Translations under genes and position numbers: made by a program
The notes under the pieces: generated by a model
Told to the model about the DNA's origin: nothing
Databases searched by the model: none
What the model saw: the letters and a program-made list of their open reading frames with translations, nothing else
Assembly (NCBI RefSeq): GCF_000143415.4
Contig: NW_003314407.1
Location: 62,001-126,000 of the forward strand
Direction of reading: 5' to 3'
DNA: 64,000 bases
Origin: Selaginella moellendorffii
Taxonomy: Eukaryota; Plantae; Lycopodiophyta
Shown: positions 36,479 to 48,200 of the stretch, in pieces
How the letters are laid out: each line of letters begins with the position of its first letter
Position numbering within the stretch: position 1 is the stretch's first letter

Positions 36479-39266
36479 CTACCGCCGGGGGTACATCATG
36501 ACCGTCTGCTTTATAAGGAGCTCCTTTAGCCGCCTTGGGTGTGCCGCATTGGAGACGATGGTTTGTTCCAGCATTTCCCGCAGCGAGGATAGCGGCAGTG
36601 GCGGCGAGGCATTCAAGAGCGTCTTGAAAAACTTGTCCCACACATTCGTGTTCCAGTACCTGAGAAAACGAGGGGAAAACGAGGGGAAAACGAGCTTTAG
36701 CTACCGTGGGAAGTTGAAGTACCGTTTAAGCGATGCTTTGGGCTTATGGACGCGACCACCGTCCGGGCTTCTCTCCTCTTCGAGCTCCATGTAGCTTCCA
36801 TGGAGCATACAGTGCACTATACAGCATAAACCGTAGCCGTCAACCTGCAAAAGCACTTTATGAGCATCGAGTAAGAAAGCATTGTCACTCACCTGATAAG
36901 TCCATGGCCTTTCTTCCATCATCTCAATGCATCTAAAGGCCGATGTTTTGCTGTCTGCAAGAAACTCGGTCCCTTCTGGAAAGAGTCTCATATCTATGCT
37001 TCTTCCCCAGTCGATTAAACATAGTCCCTGCAACGCGAGACATAAGCCTCGAGACAGAAACTAAGAGATATCTTTTACCTGACCCTTCCAACAACCGGGC
37101 CTGTTCGGCGCCCAGTTTTCCCAGTTGTCACTGAAACATAATATGCAAGGGCGTAACAAGGCAGAAAAACTTCCAGAACTACCTTTCGTTTCGAATAAGT
37201 AGATTGTCGGGCTTAAAATCAGCGTGAATGATGCCAACTCCGTGCAACACCTCAAGCATGCGCAGCATCTCGATCGTGTAATACATGCAGAGGAGCTCGT
37301 CCATTTTCAGCGAATGCGCTAGATACGCGTTCACAACGTCCTGGATGCAGTAAGTCATGAGATACTAACAATCAAGTGAAGAAACCCCACATCACCTGTA
37401 AGGTTCCATGCTGGCCATAGCCAGCAACCAAGATGCTGCAATCGGAAAATACATACATTTTCCGGGCACTGCCAAAGCTGTCTCTCTGCAAGAATGTACA
37501 TCATATTAGTTACACAAAAGCTCGGCCAATCTACGTAACCTCTTCAACTGGGATCCTCTTGTCCAGCTGATAATATATGTAGAACTCCCACGGACACGGC
37601 GGCTTTTGGATCTACATATCATGTTTGAGACTCAACTGAAAAACTCCAAGGGGCGCTTCTCACCTTCAGTACAACTGGTGATTCATTGTTGCTGTTTTCG
37701 TGGGCCTGGTAAACTTGAGCAAAAGCACCTTGTCCTGTACATCCTTTTAGGAAATAAGTCGAGTTTCCTGTCACATAGAAGGAAAATCTTGGTAACCAGC
37801 GCAACAAACAGAACCGTACCTAGTTCGACAGTCTTATTGCGTGCGTTCGCTTTGAGAGATGACAATGAGACGCCTCCGCTATATTTTTTGCTGCTGCAAT
37901 GGAATCCCTACAGGCAGGCAACACTAAGTTCATATAGAGATTATCACCAAAGACCATACCTTGCAAGTTTGCAAGGGTGGCGCCAGTTTCTTCAGCAAGT
38001 CCGCAACCAGGGTCTCGTCCCAAGGATCTACGAATTCGATCTTGCGGTCTCGCCGGTCGTCGCAGAAAGCATCGTCAACGAATATATTGAAGTCCATCTT
38101 TCCGGCTCCCAGGCTTGGTTTGTCCTGTCCCTGTGGCTTCTTTGCCTGTTCCAAAGGAGCTTCATCTACAAAGACATTTAGCTCCATTGCTCCTGGTAGC
38201 TCACGTCGTTGACATGAAGGTGCTTTAGGCTGCTTCACTTGATCCAATGGCAAGGGCTGGTTGAACAAGGAAAGAACGTTGACAAGAGCTTCTCTGGTGT
38301 TGATTGTCGGCTCAACCAGACCAATGTGAGTCTCCGCGTTTGCTGCCTCTGGATCAACTCCCAGAACGATAGCCTCCTCCGCGTACTTTTTGATAGCGAT
38401 TGTCTCATCTCCATGAGGCCGTGCAATATTGGACATGGGATTAACAGCGGCTACAAAGCTTCCTTTCACTTCGGAAGGCCTGCTCGTCTTGAACTTGCGC
38501 TTCAAAAAGCTCGCGTGCATTTTCTCCAGTTGCTCCACCGGTTGAGCGTGTCTGGGAGGATGGAGATAAGTACAAAGAGAAAACAGCCAGTGAAAATGGC
38601 AGACATACCTCGAGATACCGAGCTCATAAATCTGGTTTGCCTTGGTTATGTCTCCTCGTAGCTCGAGGATCATCGCGTAAGCTTCGTAAAAGAGAGAATG
38701 AGTCTGGCCAATACGCTTCGCCTCTAAGAGCTCAAAGATGTGAAGTGGATCCGCGCAGCAGTCTGCCTGAAGCGGTTGCAAAGAAGGAAAGTAAGAATAC
38801 AGAAGCACCAAGCAGAGGAGGAGACTTACGTAGCGCAACCAGATGCGCAGGTACCTCAGGTCCTCCCGGTATCGGGGATCGTCCAGAAAAGCTTTGGTGC
38901 AAAACTCGAGCAATGGACAGAGTTCTGCCCGGACTCCCGGGGCGGAGGAGGAGGTGATGATGCCTTTGGCCCACTTGACACATCTGGGAGGGAAAATCTC
39001 GAGTGAGTGAGAGCGAGCGAGGGAAATGCAGGACGAGCACACTTACGCAACCCATGGCTTGAGCGGATCGCTGCCGGCGTAGCTCTGAATGGCGTCAAGA
39101 AAGTACCTGGACAAGCAAAGAGAGCACAGATCTGGATGGATGAACGTCTGCTGGAGCTCGATTACCTGCGCTGGGACTGGATGGCATCGCTGGATCCGTT
39201 GCTCTTGAGCAAGTCCTGGAGATTGGGCGGGAGATTCTCCTTACCCTTGTGCTGCGCCAATGCCAT
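36479..39266 (-). CDS. BUB1: Spindle checkpoint kinase BUB1 (Mad3/BUB1 TPR + kinase)
   Basis: YREDLRYLRIWLRYAD, IGQTHSLFYEAYA, VEPTINTREA, GQGAFAQVY, IIHADFKPDN, LIDWGRSIDM, PWTYQVD. Confidence 0.9.
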
Positions 39267-39277
39267 GGGCGGGAGCA

Positions 39278-39315
39278 CAAGAACCCTAGCGAGAATTTGA
39301 AAGCTAGGGTTCTTG
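39278..39315. promoter_or_regulatory. Inverted pair of telo-box motifs between divergent BUB1 and RPC3
   Basis: CAAGAACCCTAGC-12 nt-GCTAGGGTTCTTG. Confidence 0.65.
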
Positions 39316-39321
39316 AGTGTG

Positions 39322-41549
39322 ATGGCTGCTCGCAACCTGGCGTGTGACCTCATCAACGACCAATTCGGGGAGCTTGTCCAGGTAACGCCATCGCCATCGC
39401 CATCGCTCGCAGCGTAGCTCACCATTGCTTCTCTGGGTGGATGATGCTAGAAAGTATGCGACTGCCTTGTGCAGCGTGGAAGCCTGTTGCTGTCCGAGAT
39501 TGCGCGCTTCACTGGCATCGACGTCGCGCCGCTGGGCGACTGCCTGAAGCAGCTCATCCAGCACAACTGCGTACAAGCTTTTAGAGCTTCGGTGGAGCAA
39601 GAACACGATGGCCTGGGTGAGTGCGTGACTTCTTCTTCGAGTTCGCTTAGTTGTTTTCCTTTGCTTGTCTAGGCGCTGGAGGGAGGCCAGCACCAAAGCC
39701 CAACACCTTCTACATGCTCATACTGGACAACGTCCTCCACCGGATGCGCTTCCCAAAGTTTATGACGCTCGTCCGCGACGACATTGGCAGCGAGGCGCAA
39801 GGCTTGCTCGGCGCCTTACTGCAGCACGGCCGACTGACGCTCGACCAGCTGCTCAAACGCGCAGCGGAATGCGCTCAACCAGGTAGAACTCTCTCGCGCT
39901 CTTCCTTCATGGTATTCTCACGCCTCCATTGCCAGGTGACGTTGAGGTCGAAATGAGCGTGAAGAAAGCATTCGTGGAGCTTGTCGAGGCGCATTTCATT
40001 GAGCGCTGCCCGTTGCCAGAGCCAACGTTGCCTCTGGCGGAGGAAGAACAGCCCAACAAGGTACCTGTGCTTGTTTGCCTACAACTACAAACAAAAGCTT
40101 TTCATTCCTTGCCAAACGAAGCGAGCCAGGATGACGGCTCAGACGCGGGAGCGGCGTGTACTCGATGCGGCAGCACAGTCGGACGCCCTCAGGTTTCGGT
40201 TGCCAGCATCGTTGCAACTACAATCCGAGGACTTGGTCACGCTAGATGATTCTCTTATCACGGGTCACAAGGTATCGCTCCTTCACTTTTGTTATACTGA
40301 ACCTTGACTAAGGATCACTTGGAACCAGCGCAAGGAAATGGATACGACCCTCCTTGACGACAAAGATGTTATTTGGCGAGTCAACTACGAGGAGTTCATA
40401 CGTCGCCTACGGCATCAGGTAAGTAGGAGTAGTGCTCCCAGCTACCATCGTACGTAATCGTTTTATTTCCAGGCCTGCGTGAGGCTGGTGAGCTCCAAGT
40501 GTGACCTTGGGTGTGGAACTGTTTTGGCGTGCATTCTCGACAGAAGCCGCAAGGCAGAGCGGAGCGTCAGACAAAGGCTGTCCAGTAAGCTTTTAGCTCG
40601 ATGCTTCGCAACTAGCTTACGTTTCGCTGTCAGGCCCTCTTGAAATGGAAGCGATTGTCGAGGCCGTGAGAAAGACAGAGGAGGGACGATGCATGCCCTT
40701 GGAAAGGATACGCTGCGCTCTTTTGCAGATGACGGCTGATGGTTTTGTCGTTGATCGAGCTGGTGAAGCGAGTGAACAGTATGCTATCAGTTCGTATTTC
40801 CGCCATTTTATTCTAGTCGTGCTCTTATGCCGCTCGGCATGTTTCCAGATATGCGAAAAATCTTAGATGTTGCGAGGCAGGCTGAAGTAAGTGAAGGAGA
40901 TATCGTTATTCTCATATCTCATCTGCTCTGGCTACTTTGACAGATGGAAGGCATTGTGCTACAAAGATTTGGACGGAAGTGCTGCAGAATCTTTCGGCTC
41001 CTGTCAACAAAAGGCCGCCTGGATCACAAGCAGGTGTGCAAGTTTGAACGCTCGACTGTTTTAACGGATTTGTTGTGCATGTAAAGATCTCCGACAAGTC
41101 GCTCGTACCTTCAAAGGAGGCATGGGAACTGCTGTCGAAACTTGTCAAGGAGCACTTCATCGAGCTAGAGGCATGGCACTCTTGATTTTGTAACTCAATG
41201 CTAGCGTTTGCCCTCGTTTCCTAACAGGAGGATGATCCAAAGCCTATCTCGTGGCGCGTCAATCTCGAAATAGTGGCATGGAACGTGCTCAACCAAATGC
41301 ATAATGCAGCATGGAGTCTGGGCCGTCGCCTCTCCCAGGAGCTTGAACAGCAGGAGCAGGAGCAAGATCAAGTAAGTAGTATGGTTGCTTGCTCGTGAGA
41401 CTTATGGATTGGATGTGTGTGATCCACCACAGGCTGGCGCAAGTGTTCCTCTTGACGAGGCGAGCAGCAGACGAAGAAACATCGCCAAGGTGCTCGAGGC
41501 ATCTGCGACAAGGCTAGACGACGCAATCATGCTGTTCCACGACTTTTAA
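39322..41549 (+). CDS. RPC3: RNA polymerase III subunit RPC3/RPC62
   Basis: LACDLINDQFGELVQ, LIQHNCVQAF, LHRMRFPKF, WRVNYEEF, RIFRLL, C-terminal LDDAIMLFHDF. Confidence 0.88.
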
Positions 41550-41634
41550 AGGCTTCAAAAAATTTCGTCTGCCAAGAACTCGTCGTGCAAGCTCTCCGTC
41601 AAAAGGATTGCCCCTCCAGTAGAGAGCCAATCTA

Positions 41635-44600
41635 CTACTGCACCTTCTTATCGACGTTACTGCTCGCCTTGCTCCGTGTAAGTGGTCGCCTTCCGGGGAA
41701 GAGAGCCCGTAGAAGCCTCTCCCAAACAAAGCAGCCAAGCGACATCATCCCCGCCCACAGCAGCAGCTTCCACCCAAGCGGCTTTGGCAGTGGAACCAGC
41801 CTGAGCCAGTCATTCAGGTCTCTCAGCAGGTCGGAGCTGATGGTTGTGAAGAACAGAGCTGCGGCTGTTAAGGCGTAGAAGAACGGCTTGTTCTCTCGGA
41901 TGCTCTGGTTGAACGGGTGGCCGATGTAGTTCACCGCAAACGTAGCCACCTGTATCATCATGTTGGCCATGTACGAGACCGTGTTCACCAGGTTGGGGGT
42001 GAAGTCCGAGTCCGGCTCCACGCACTCCTCGGGCATATACGACTCGGCAGCCCGGACGACGGAAACCAGGAAGCAGAGGTGCATCGCAAACTGTCCTAGC
42101 ATGGATATGATCACGTAGGCCGAGAAGATGTTGGGGTGCGGCCTCTGAGCGGACAGTGTGCTTAAAGGTCGTGCGTTCGAGATGAAAAGGAAAAATGCCG
42201 CCGTGAAGAGACCACTGATTGTTGCCTGCACGTCGCCAAGCTTCACGCCATCCAGGTACATGACACTGAGCACATAGGCCGTTGAGAGGCAATTCAGGCC
42301 CAGGATCTTGAACATCTGCAACGTCGTCACCAGAGTGCTCCTGCCTTGACGTATGATATCGGCCGTTGGCTGCACCGATGCGTGCTTGGCAGTAAACGCG
42401 GACGCCATGGACGCATCACCAAGTCGCACCACGGGAGCGCTTCTACCGTCGTCCGAATTCATCTCGTCCATCATCTGCTTCAGTTTCTGCTTTTGCTGCT
42501 CGGCGCGACTGGCAGCACTGTTCGGACGACTTGTCTGCGAGGATGTCGGAGCCCTTTGTCTCTTCACTGTCACTATAGAGGCTGTTGGACAACGAAGAAT
42601 ATAAAGTGCAATGCCTACCGGTAGAGCTGGAGGCTGATGGCGATTTTCCAGGCACTTCTACAGCATTAAGTAGTGCGACCCCTACGTGCGCCTTTGAAAA
42701 ACCCAATCAACGGTAGGAAAGACAGTTTATAAAAGAGATTACAGACCTGTTTCAGAGCACCGACGTCGTTTGTACCATCGCCGCACATAAGGGTCGTTCT
42801 ACCCACATCCTTCAAGGTGATGAGAATGAGCTCCTTGTGATCCGGGGCAACTCTTGCATACACCTGTACTGAAGTAACCTCAGGACCGCACAAGAACATG
42901 TTTCGACCCTTACCTTTACGAAAGGTAACACTGGTTCTAGTGCACCTGTACGCTGGAGCATAGCAAGTCCGTCACCAGAAACGCACAGGTCATAGTTGTC
43001 CGCCAATATCTGGATCTTCTCTACCCTGGAAACAGCTCCCATGTTCGAAAATATAAGAGAAAAGACACAGAATCTTACTCGTAAGCTATCTTCGTTTCCT
43101 CGTCAGGCGAAAGCCAATTAAAACCATCCTGCCCGTTTGATGGAGGAGTCAAGATTAAAACTGGCTGAGAGACAATGTGAACTTGACCAGCAACATGACA
43201 AGCCGTAAGAGCTTGATCCCCTGTTATCATCACCTAAGAAACATAAAAAAACAGCGTCAGCGTTACAGCACGAAAATCCAACGTTATGTACCAGATCATG
43301 AGACGAATCTTTGAGGTCTTTCAGAACGGAGGCCGAATCCTTCCTGAGAGGACAAGCAAAAACCTACGACCGACGTTAATTCAAGAGAAAAATTTAAAAA
43401 CTGCATCATACCGCAAAACCACAAAAAACTAAATCGCTTTCAACGCTCTGCCTTTCTAACGATCGAGCCTCGCCCACCTTGTATACAGCACCCGTTAATA
43501 GCAACACAAAACTGCAATTATGTCCATAATCACTTACCGGAATGTCTGGAAGGACTTTGTAAGCTAAAGCTAAAACTCGAGCTCCCTGCCGTGTATACGT
43601 CTTATATGTGTGGACGTAAGACTCAGGAACGTGAACCAGTCTTTCTTGAATTGTTTCAGGTGCACCCTGGAAGGGCGAGTCGCCAGATACTTAAAGTGAA
43701 AACTAAACACTACCTTTGTAAAGGCCAGAAAGTTCTCATCTATACGCACAACGGTGGACATTCGTTTCAAAGAAGAAGAAAAGTGATGCCTCTGTATGAT
43801 TTGAACGGCTGGCACGCTTCCCCTGTCACAAAGGGCATTAAGTACACGTCTTTACAAGCACGAGCTTCCACAGACCTGCGGGCAACAGCCTTCTCATCGG
43901 CTGTGTAAGACCAATCCACACCTTTCAGAGCAGCCTTCTCAAGAGGATCTCCCACCTGGAAGACACTTTCCACGTTAAGCACAGTCAACAAGCAAGGTAT
44001 TACCAGTTTGTTATCCACGAAAACAAGGGCGTGGCAGGCGGCCAAAATCTGCAGAGTACGATCAAGGAGTTTCGTAGGATCGCTCTCGAGATGAGAGCCT
44101 TTCCCCTCCACGTTGCAAACCCCAAGAAATTCCTGTACATCAAACAGTGAGAACTTTCATTTAAACAATATGTGTGAATACCATATCATCGCTCGTGAGA
44201 GTCCCAGTTTTATCAAAACAACAAGTATCAACCTGGATGCCACGCCCCGTCAAAGAAATCAACAAAAGACTACAAGCCTACCTTCCCGGCGAAAGGTATT
44301 CTAAAAGGTTCAGTGCAATAGATTCCACGTCGTACAAGAGCTATGAGAGAGGTATTCACTGCAATCGAGAGTTCCATCGGCAACTCCGGCGGTATGACAG
44401 AAGTTATTATCATAGAGCAATTCAGGAACAGCTTGAATTTGCTGCGCGTTGGGTGCTCTAGCCCCTGAAAGTCGCTATGAATAAATAAGAAACTCCAAGC
44501 TTGCACAAAGAGAAACTTTACCTGCTTGAGGACATACCCGGCCGCAACCAGAGCAAAGAAGACAAGGAACAGAATGAAAAGACCACTCTCCCAATTGTTT

Positions 44601-46241
44601 GCAGTAACCTGCAGAGCATAGTAGTCACAATGGATCGCAATAAATCACGTGCTCACCCTCTCGGTAGAGAAAAGTATAGTCCGCATTAGCTTCCCTTGGC
44701 TCGTTTCGAAGCCCGTGCGTAGTACGACAGCCAAACAACCACCGTCCGGAGTTTTCAAGTGACTAGCCTGCAATTTCAAAAGAAGGCGATCCTCAACTCA
44801 AGTCGCACACAACTTTGCCTTGCCTTGTCTGGAGTATGCTGAAGTATTTTAGTTCCCCCAAAAAGTACGTGAGCTTTATCCTTTCGGATTGACAGCTTCT
44901 CCTCCATATCGCGGCCTACAATGGAAACCTGTCGATACACTAGTAAACGTGCGAGCAGATGAGAATCCGTATGATACCTTCCACTGTGGTGTCGATTCAC
45001 CCGTCAGAAGAGCTTCATTGGCGATAGCCGTCCCGGCAAGAAGTAGCATATCAGCTGGTACCGTGCGTTCTTCGCTTGTTTGCCCTGTGGCTCGACCGAT
45101 TGATACAAGATCTCCCGGTAAAAGATCTACTCCTGAGAGTTTTAACCATCTGCAGGAAAGGCAGTCAATGACACAACAGCGGACTTTGAAGTATCAACTT
45201 ACTTCCCAGTGCGATACACATGAATTGTCTGACTATCCACTCGCACGCGACGCAATTCCGCGAGCGTTTTCAGGCGGGATTTGACGACAGTGGACTCGAA
45301 AAGGATCAACATGAAGAGAGTAAATATGCTGTAGTACCAGTACTCGTCAAGGCACCATAGGCCTACACAAAACACCTGGGGAAAGAACATATAAGCCAGG
45401 GAACTTTTCGAACGATCAACAAGTACCTGGAAAACGAAGAACGGTTCCATGCAGTGCTCCTTCATTAGCTTCTGAAACGTAGGTTGAGGGAACTCAAAGC
45501 TGCATAAAACGAGGTCAGTGGGGAAATCAATGCCAAGGGCAGGGCGGGGCGCGAGATCTTCCTACACGTTCCGGCCCCATTTGCCCAAAGCGGCCTTCTC
45601 TTTCGCATCCGTTCCATAGCCGCTACTTCTGCTGTACACGCCAAACGTCTCTTTGGACGGATAGAGAAGCTTGCGAAACGTATCGTCTGAAAAGATAAAC
45701 TTTTGCTTGCGAAACTCGAAGCTATGCTCTGGCTGAGACGATATCGAATTCTTGGATCCGACTTCCTGATTGACAATGAAGCAATGGTCAGTCCCATGAA
45801 ATGGATAGAGCGAGCGCATTTCCATACCAGGGTTGTATGCACCAAGGGAACAACTTCTTTGGAGCCAGAGAACTTGGCAGGAACAACTTTGACGACGTCG
45901 GCCTCGCGCACACGATTCACCTGCAAAGAAAGCCACGGGCACGATTCAGCGAGAGGGGAGAGAGAGAGAGAGAGAGAAGCGCGTGGAAGGCAAACCTTAG
46001 AAGCGTGCATGAAGCAGCGAAAATCCACCGACCAGGCAGTGAAGAGCACGACGAGAATGTGGAGCAAAGCCAGGCCGAGCAAGACGATCACGGCATCCAT
46101 AAAATCGAGCTGGGGAAGCAGCAGCAATGCCCAGGCAACATAGAGCAGCACAAACGGCCACACATCCAGCTGCCAGGCGACGCCGCGCCATCTGTAGAGC
46201 TCCACGCGCTTGATAGTCTTGGCGTCCACATCCAGCTCCAT
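41635..46241 (-). CDS. PDR2: P5A-type ATPase (PDR2/MIA/Spf1 orthologue)
   Basis: [78 protein letters not shown]. Confidence 0.95.
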
Positions 46242-46305
46242 AGCGCTGCTGCTCACGATAAACCCTAACCCTAATCCTCTCTAGGAGAGGGGCGGACGGA
46301 CTAGC

Positions 46306-46860
46306 CTATAAGCCGGCCTCGCTCGAATGCGGCGGTGCCCCTCGTTGCACAGCCTGGACGAGGTATGGCGCCGCGCTCATTCCCAGGCTGGATGGCTGCG
46401 CAGCGCTCACCAGCGATGGCGGCCCTGCGACCTTGGCTACCTTGTGCGCCATTTGAGCAGGATTGGCACCCTCGAGAGTGTCCACGACCTCGCAGTTCTG
46501 TGGAAGCAGCAGTGGGGACTCTGAGAGAGAGAGAGAGAGTGGTTTGATACCTGGATGAAGACGAAGAAGGGCGCCGCAGCATCCACTGGTACTCCAAACT
46601 TGTGTGCTATCTCCGCCTGCTCGTCAGCGTTGATCTACAAAGGAGGAAGGGATGATCACATTCGTTCGGGGCATCAAATCGATCACGCAACTCACCCGGA
46701 GGAATGTTGCCTGTGGGGTGTCGGCGGAGAGGCGCTTCAGGAGCTCCTCCGCCTCCTCCACGCCCTTGGCTTGGCGCGGAGAGAAATGCAGCACCACCGC
46801 TGAGCCCCGCGCCACGATCGCCTCCAGCTCGCGCAGAGATGTCACGCTGCCCAAGCCCAT
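46306..46860 (-). CDS. Stand-alone thioredoxin-like domain related to the GRXS17/PICOT N-terminus (146 aa)
   Basis: Exons 46860-46696, 46634-46551 and 46497-46306 join in frame: AVVLHF..., FLRINADEQAEIA, PFFVF, VDTLEGANP, SLGMSA; then stop. Confidence 0.75.
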
Positions 46861-47239
46861 CTCTTCTCTCTTCAGCCCTAGGTAGCGCAACGTGGCAAAC
46901 AAAGGGGATGGATGGGTATTTTATTTCTCACAGGGCCGAGAGCTCTTGGAGCTCTTGTTATCTTCTCTATAGCTTTTTGAAAGTGGCATATACGCGCAGG
47001 ATATTCTCTTCCGCAATTCTTTCCCAGCTGGTGGGACGTCTATGTCTTGTCAGCTGGCACAGGGGCTTATCACGAGCCCGATCTGGGGAGACCTTCGTTT
47101 CCCAGTGCTAGACTAGCGGAGGACTCACTCACCCTTTGGATCAGATCGATGGAATGGTGGTAAGCAGCGCATAGATCTATCGAGCTAGATCGCAGAGGCA
47201 GGGTGTGGAAGTAGCGGGCGCACCTGCATTTGGCACAGG

Positions 47240-48133
47240 ATGAACGATCTTCTGGGCGGTGATGGTGGTGCCGATTTGGAGGCAGGGCAGCAGCGCCAGC
47301 CGGAGCATGGGAGTGACAAGCTGCTGGGCCGCTTCTTCGACGAGGTGGGGAAGATCAAGAGCGACATGGAGAGGCTCAAGATGCTGCTGGGCAAGCTACA
47401 GGCCGCGCACGAGGAGAGCAAGACGATTCACAAGGCCAAGGCGATGAAAGCTCTCCGGCAGCGCATGGACAAGGACATTGAGGAGGTTCTCGTCAAGGCC
47501 AAGCTCGTCAAAGACGAGATCCAGAAGCTGGATAGATCCAACATTGCCAGCCGCCAAGTTGGCGGATGCGAGGAAGGGACGCCCACGGACAGGACGAGAA
47601 CGGTGATCACGGCTAACCTCAAGAAGAATCTCCAGGACGTGATGGCCGAGTTCCAGAAGCTGCGACACAAGATCACGGGGGAGTACAGAGACACGCTCAT
47701 CCGGCGCTTCTTCACCGTGACGGGGAAGAAGCCCGACGACGAGACCGTGGACTACATCCTCGAGACTGGAGAGAGCGAGAGCTTCTTGCAGCGGGCGATC
47801 CAGGACCAGGGGCGAGGCCAGATTGTGGAGACGATACGAGAGATCCAGGAGAGGCACGACGCGGTGAAGACGATGGAGAAGAACTTGCTGGAGCTCCAGC
47901 AGATCTTCCTCGACATCTCGGTGCTGGTGGAGTCGCAGGGAGAGCAGCTAAACAGCATCGAGCACCAAGTCCACCGCGCGGCAGCGTACGTGGAGCAAGG
48001 GGCGGGGAGCCTCCGCGGCGCCAGGAAGATCCAGAGGAGCAGCCGCAAGTGTATGTGCATTGCCATCGTTTTACTCCTCGTTGTCATCCTCGTCGTCGCA
48101 GCTCCGGTCATCTTTAAGCTCAAGAAGAATTGA
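47240..48133 (+). CDS. Qa-SNARE syntaxin, SYP1 group, intronless CDS
   Basis: 297 aa; Habc, ETGESESFLQRAIQDQGRG, EIQERHDAV SNARE motif, C-terminal TM helix. Confidence 0.95.
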   Translation: MNDLLGGDGGADLEAGQQRQPEHGSDKLLGRFFDEVGKIKSDMERLKMLLGKLQAAHEESKTIHKAKAMKALRQRMDKDIEEVLVKAKLVKDEIQKLDRSNIASRQVGGCEEGTPTDRTRTVITANLKKNLQDVMAEFQKLRHKITGEYRDTLIRRFFTVTGKKPDDETVDYILETGESESFLQRAIQDQGRGQIVETIREIQERHDAVKTMEKNLLELQQIFLDISVLVESQGEQLNSIEHQVHRAAAYVEQGAGSLRGARKIQRSSRKCMCIAIVLLLVVILVVAAPVIFKLKKN

Positions 48134-48200
48134 TCTACGCTCTAGCTGTAGTATCACACATTGTTTCAATCAAGATTGCTTGCTTGGTTGAATATTACAA

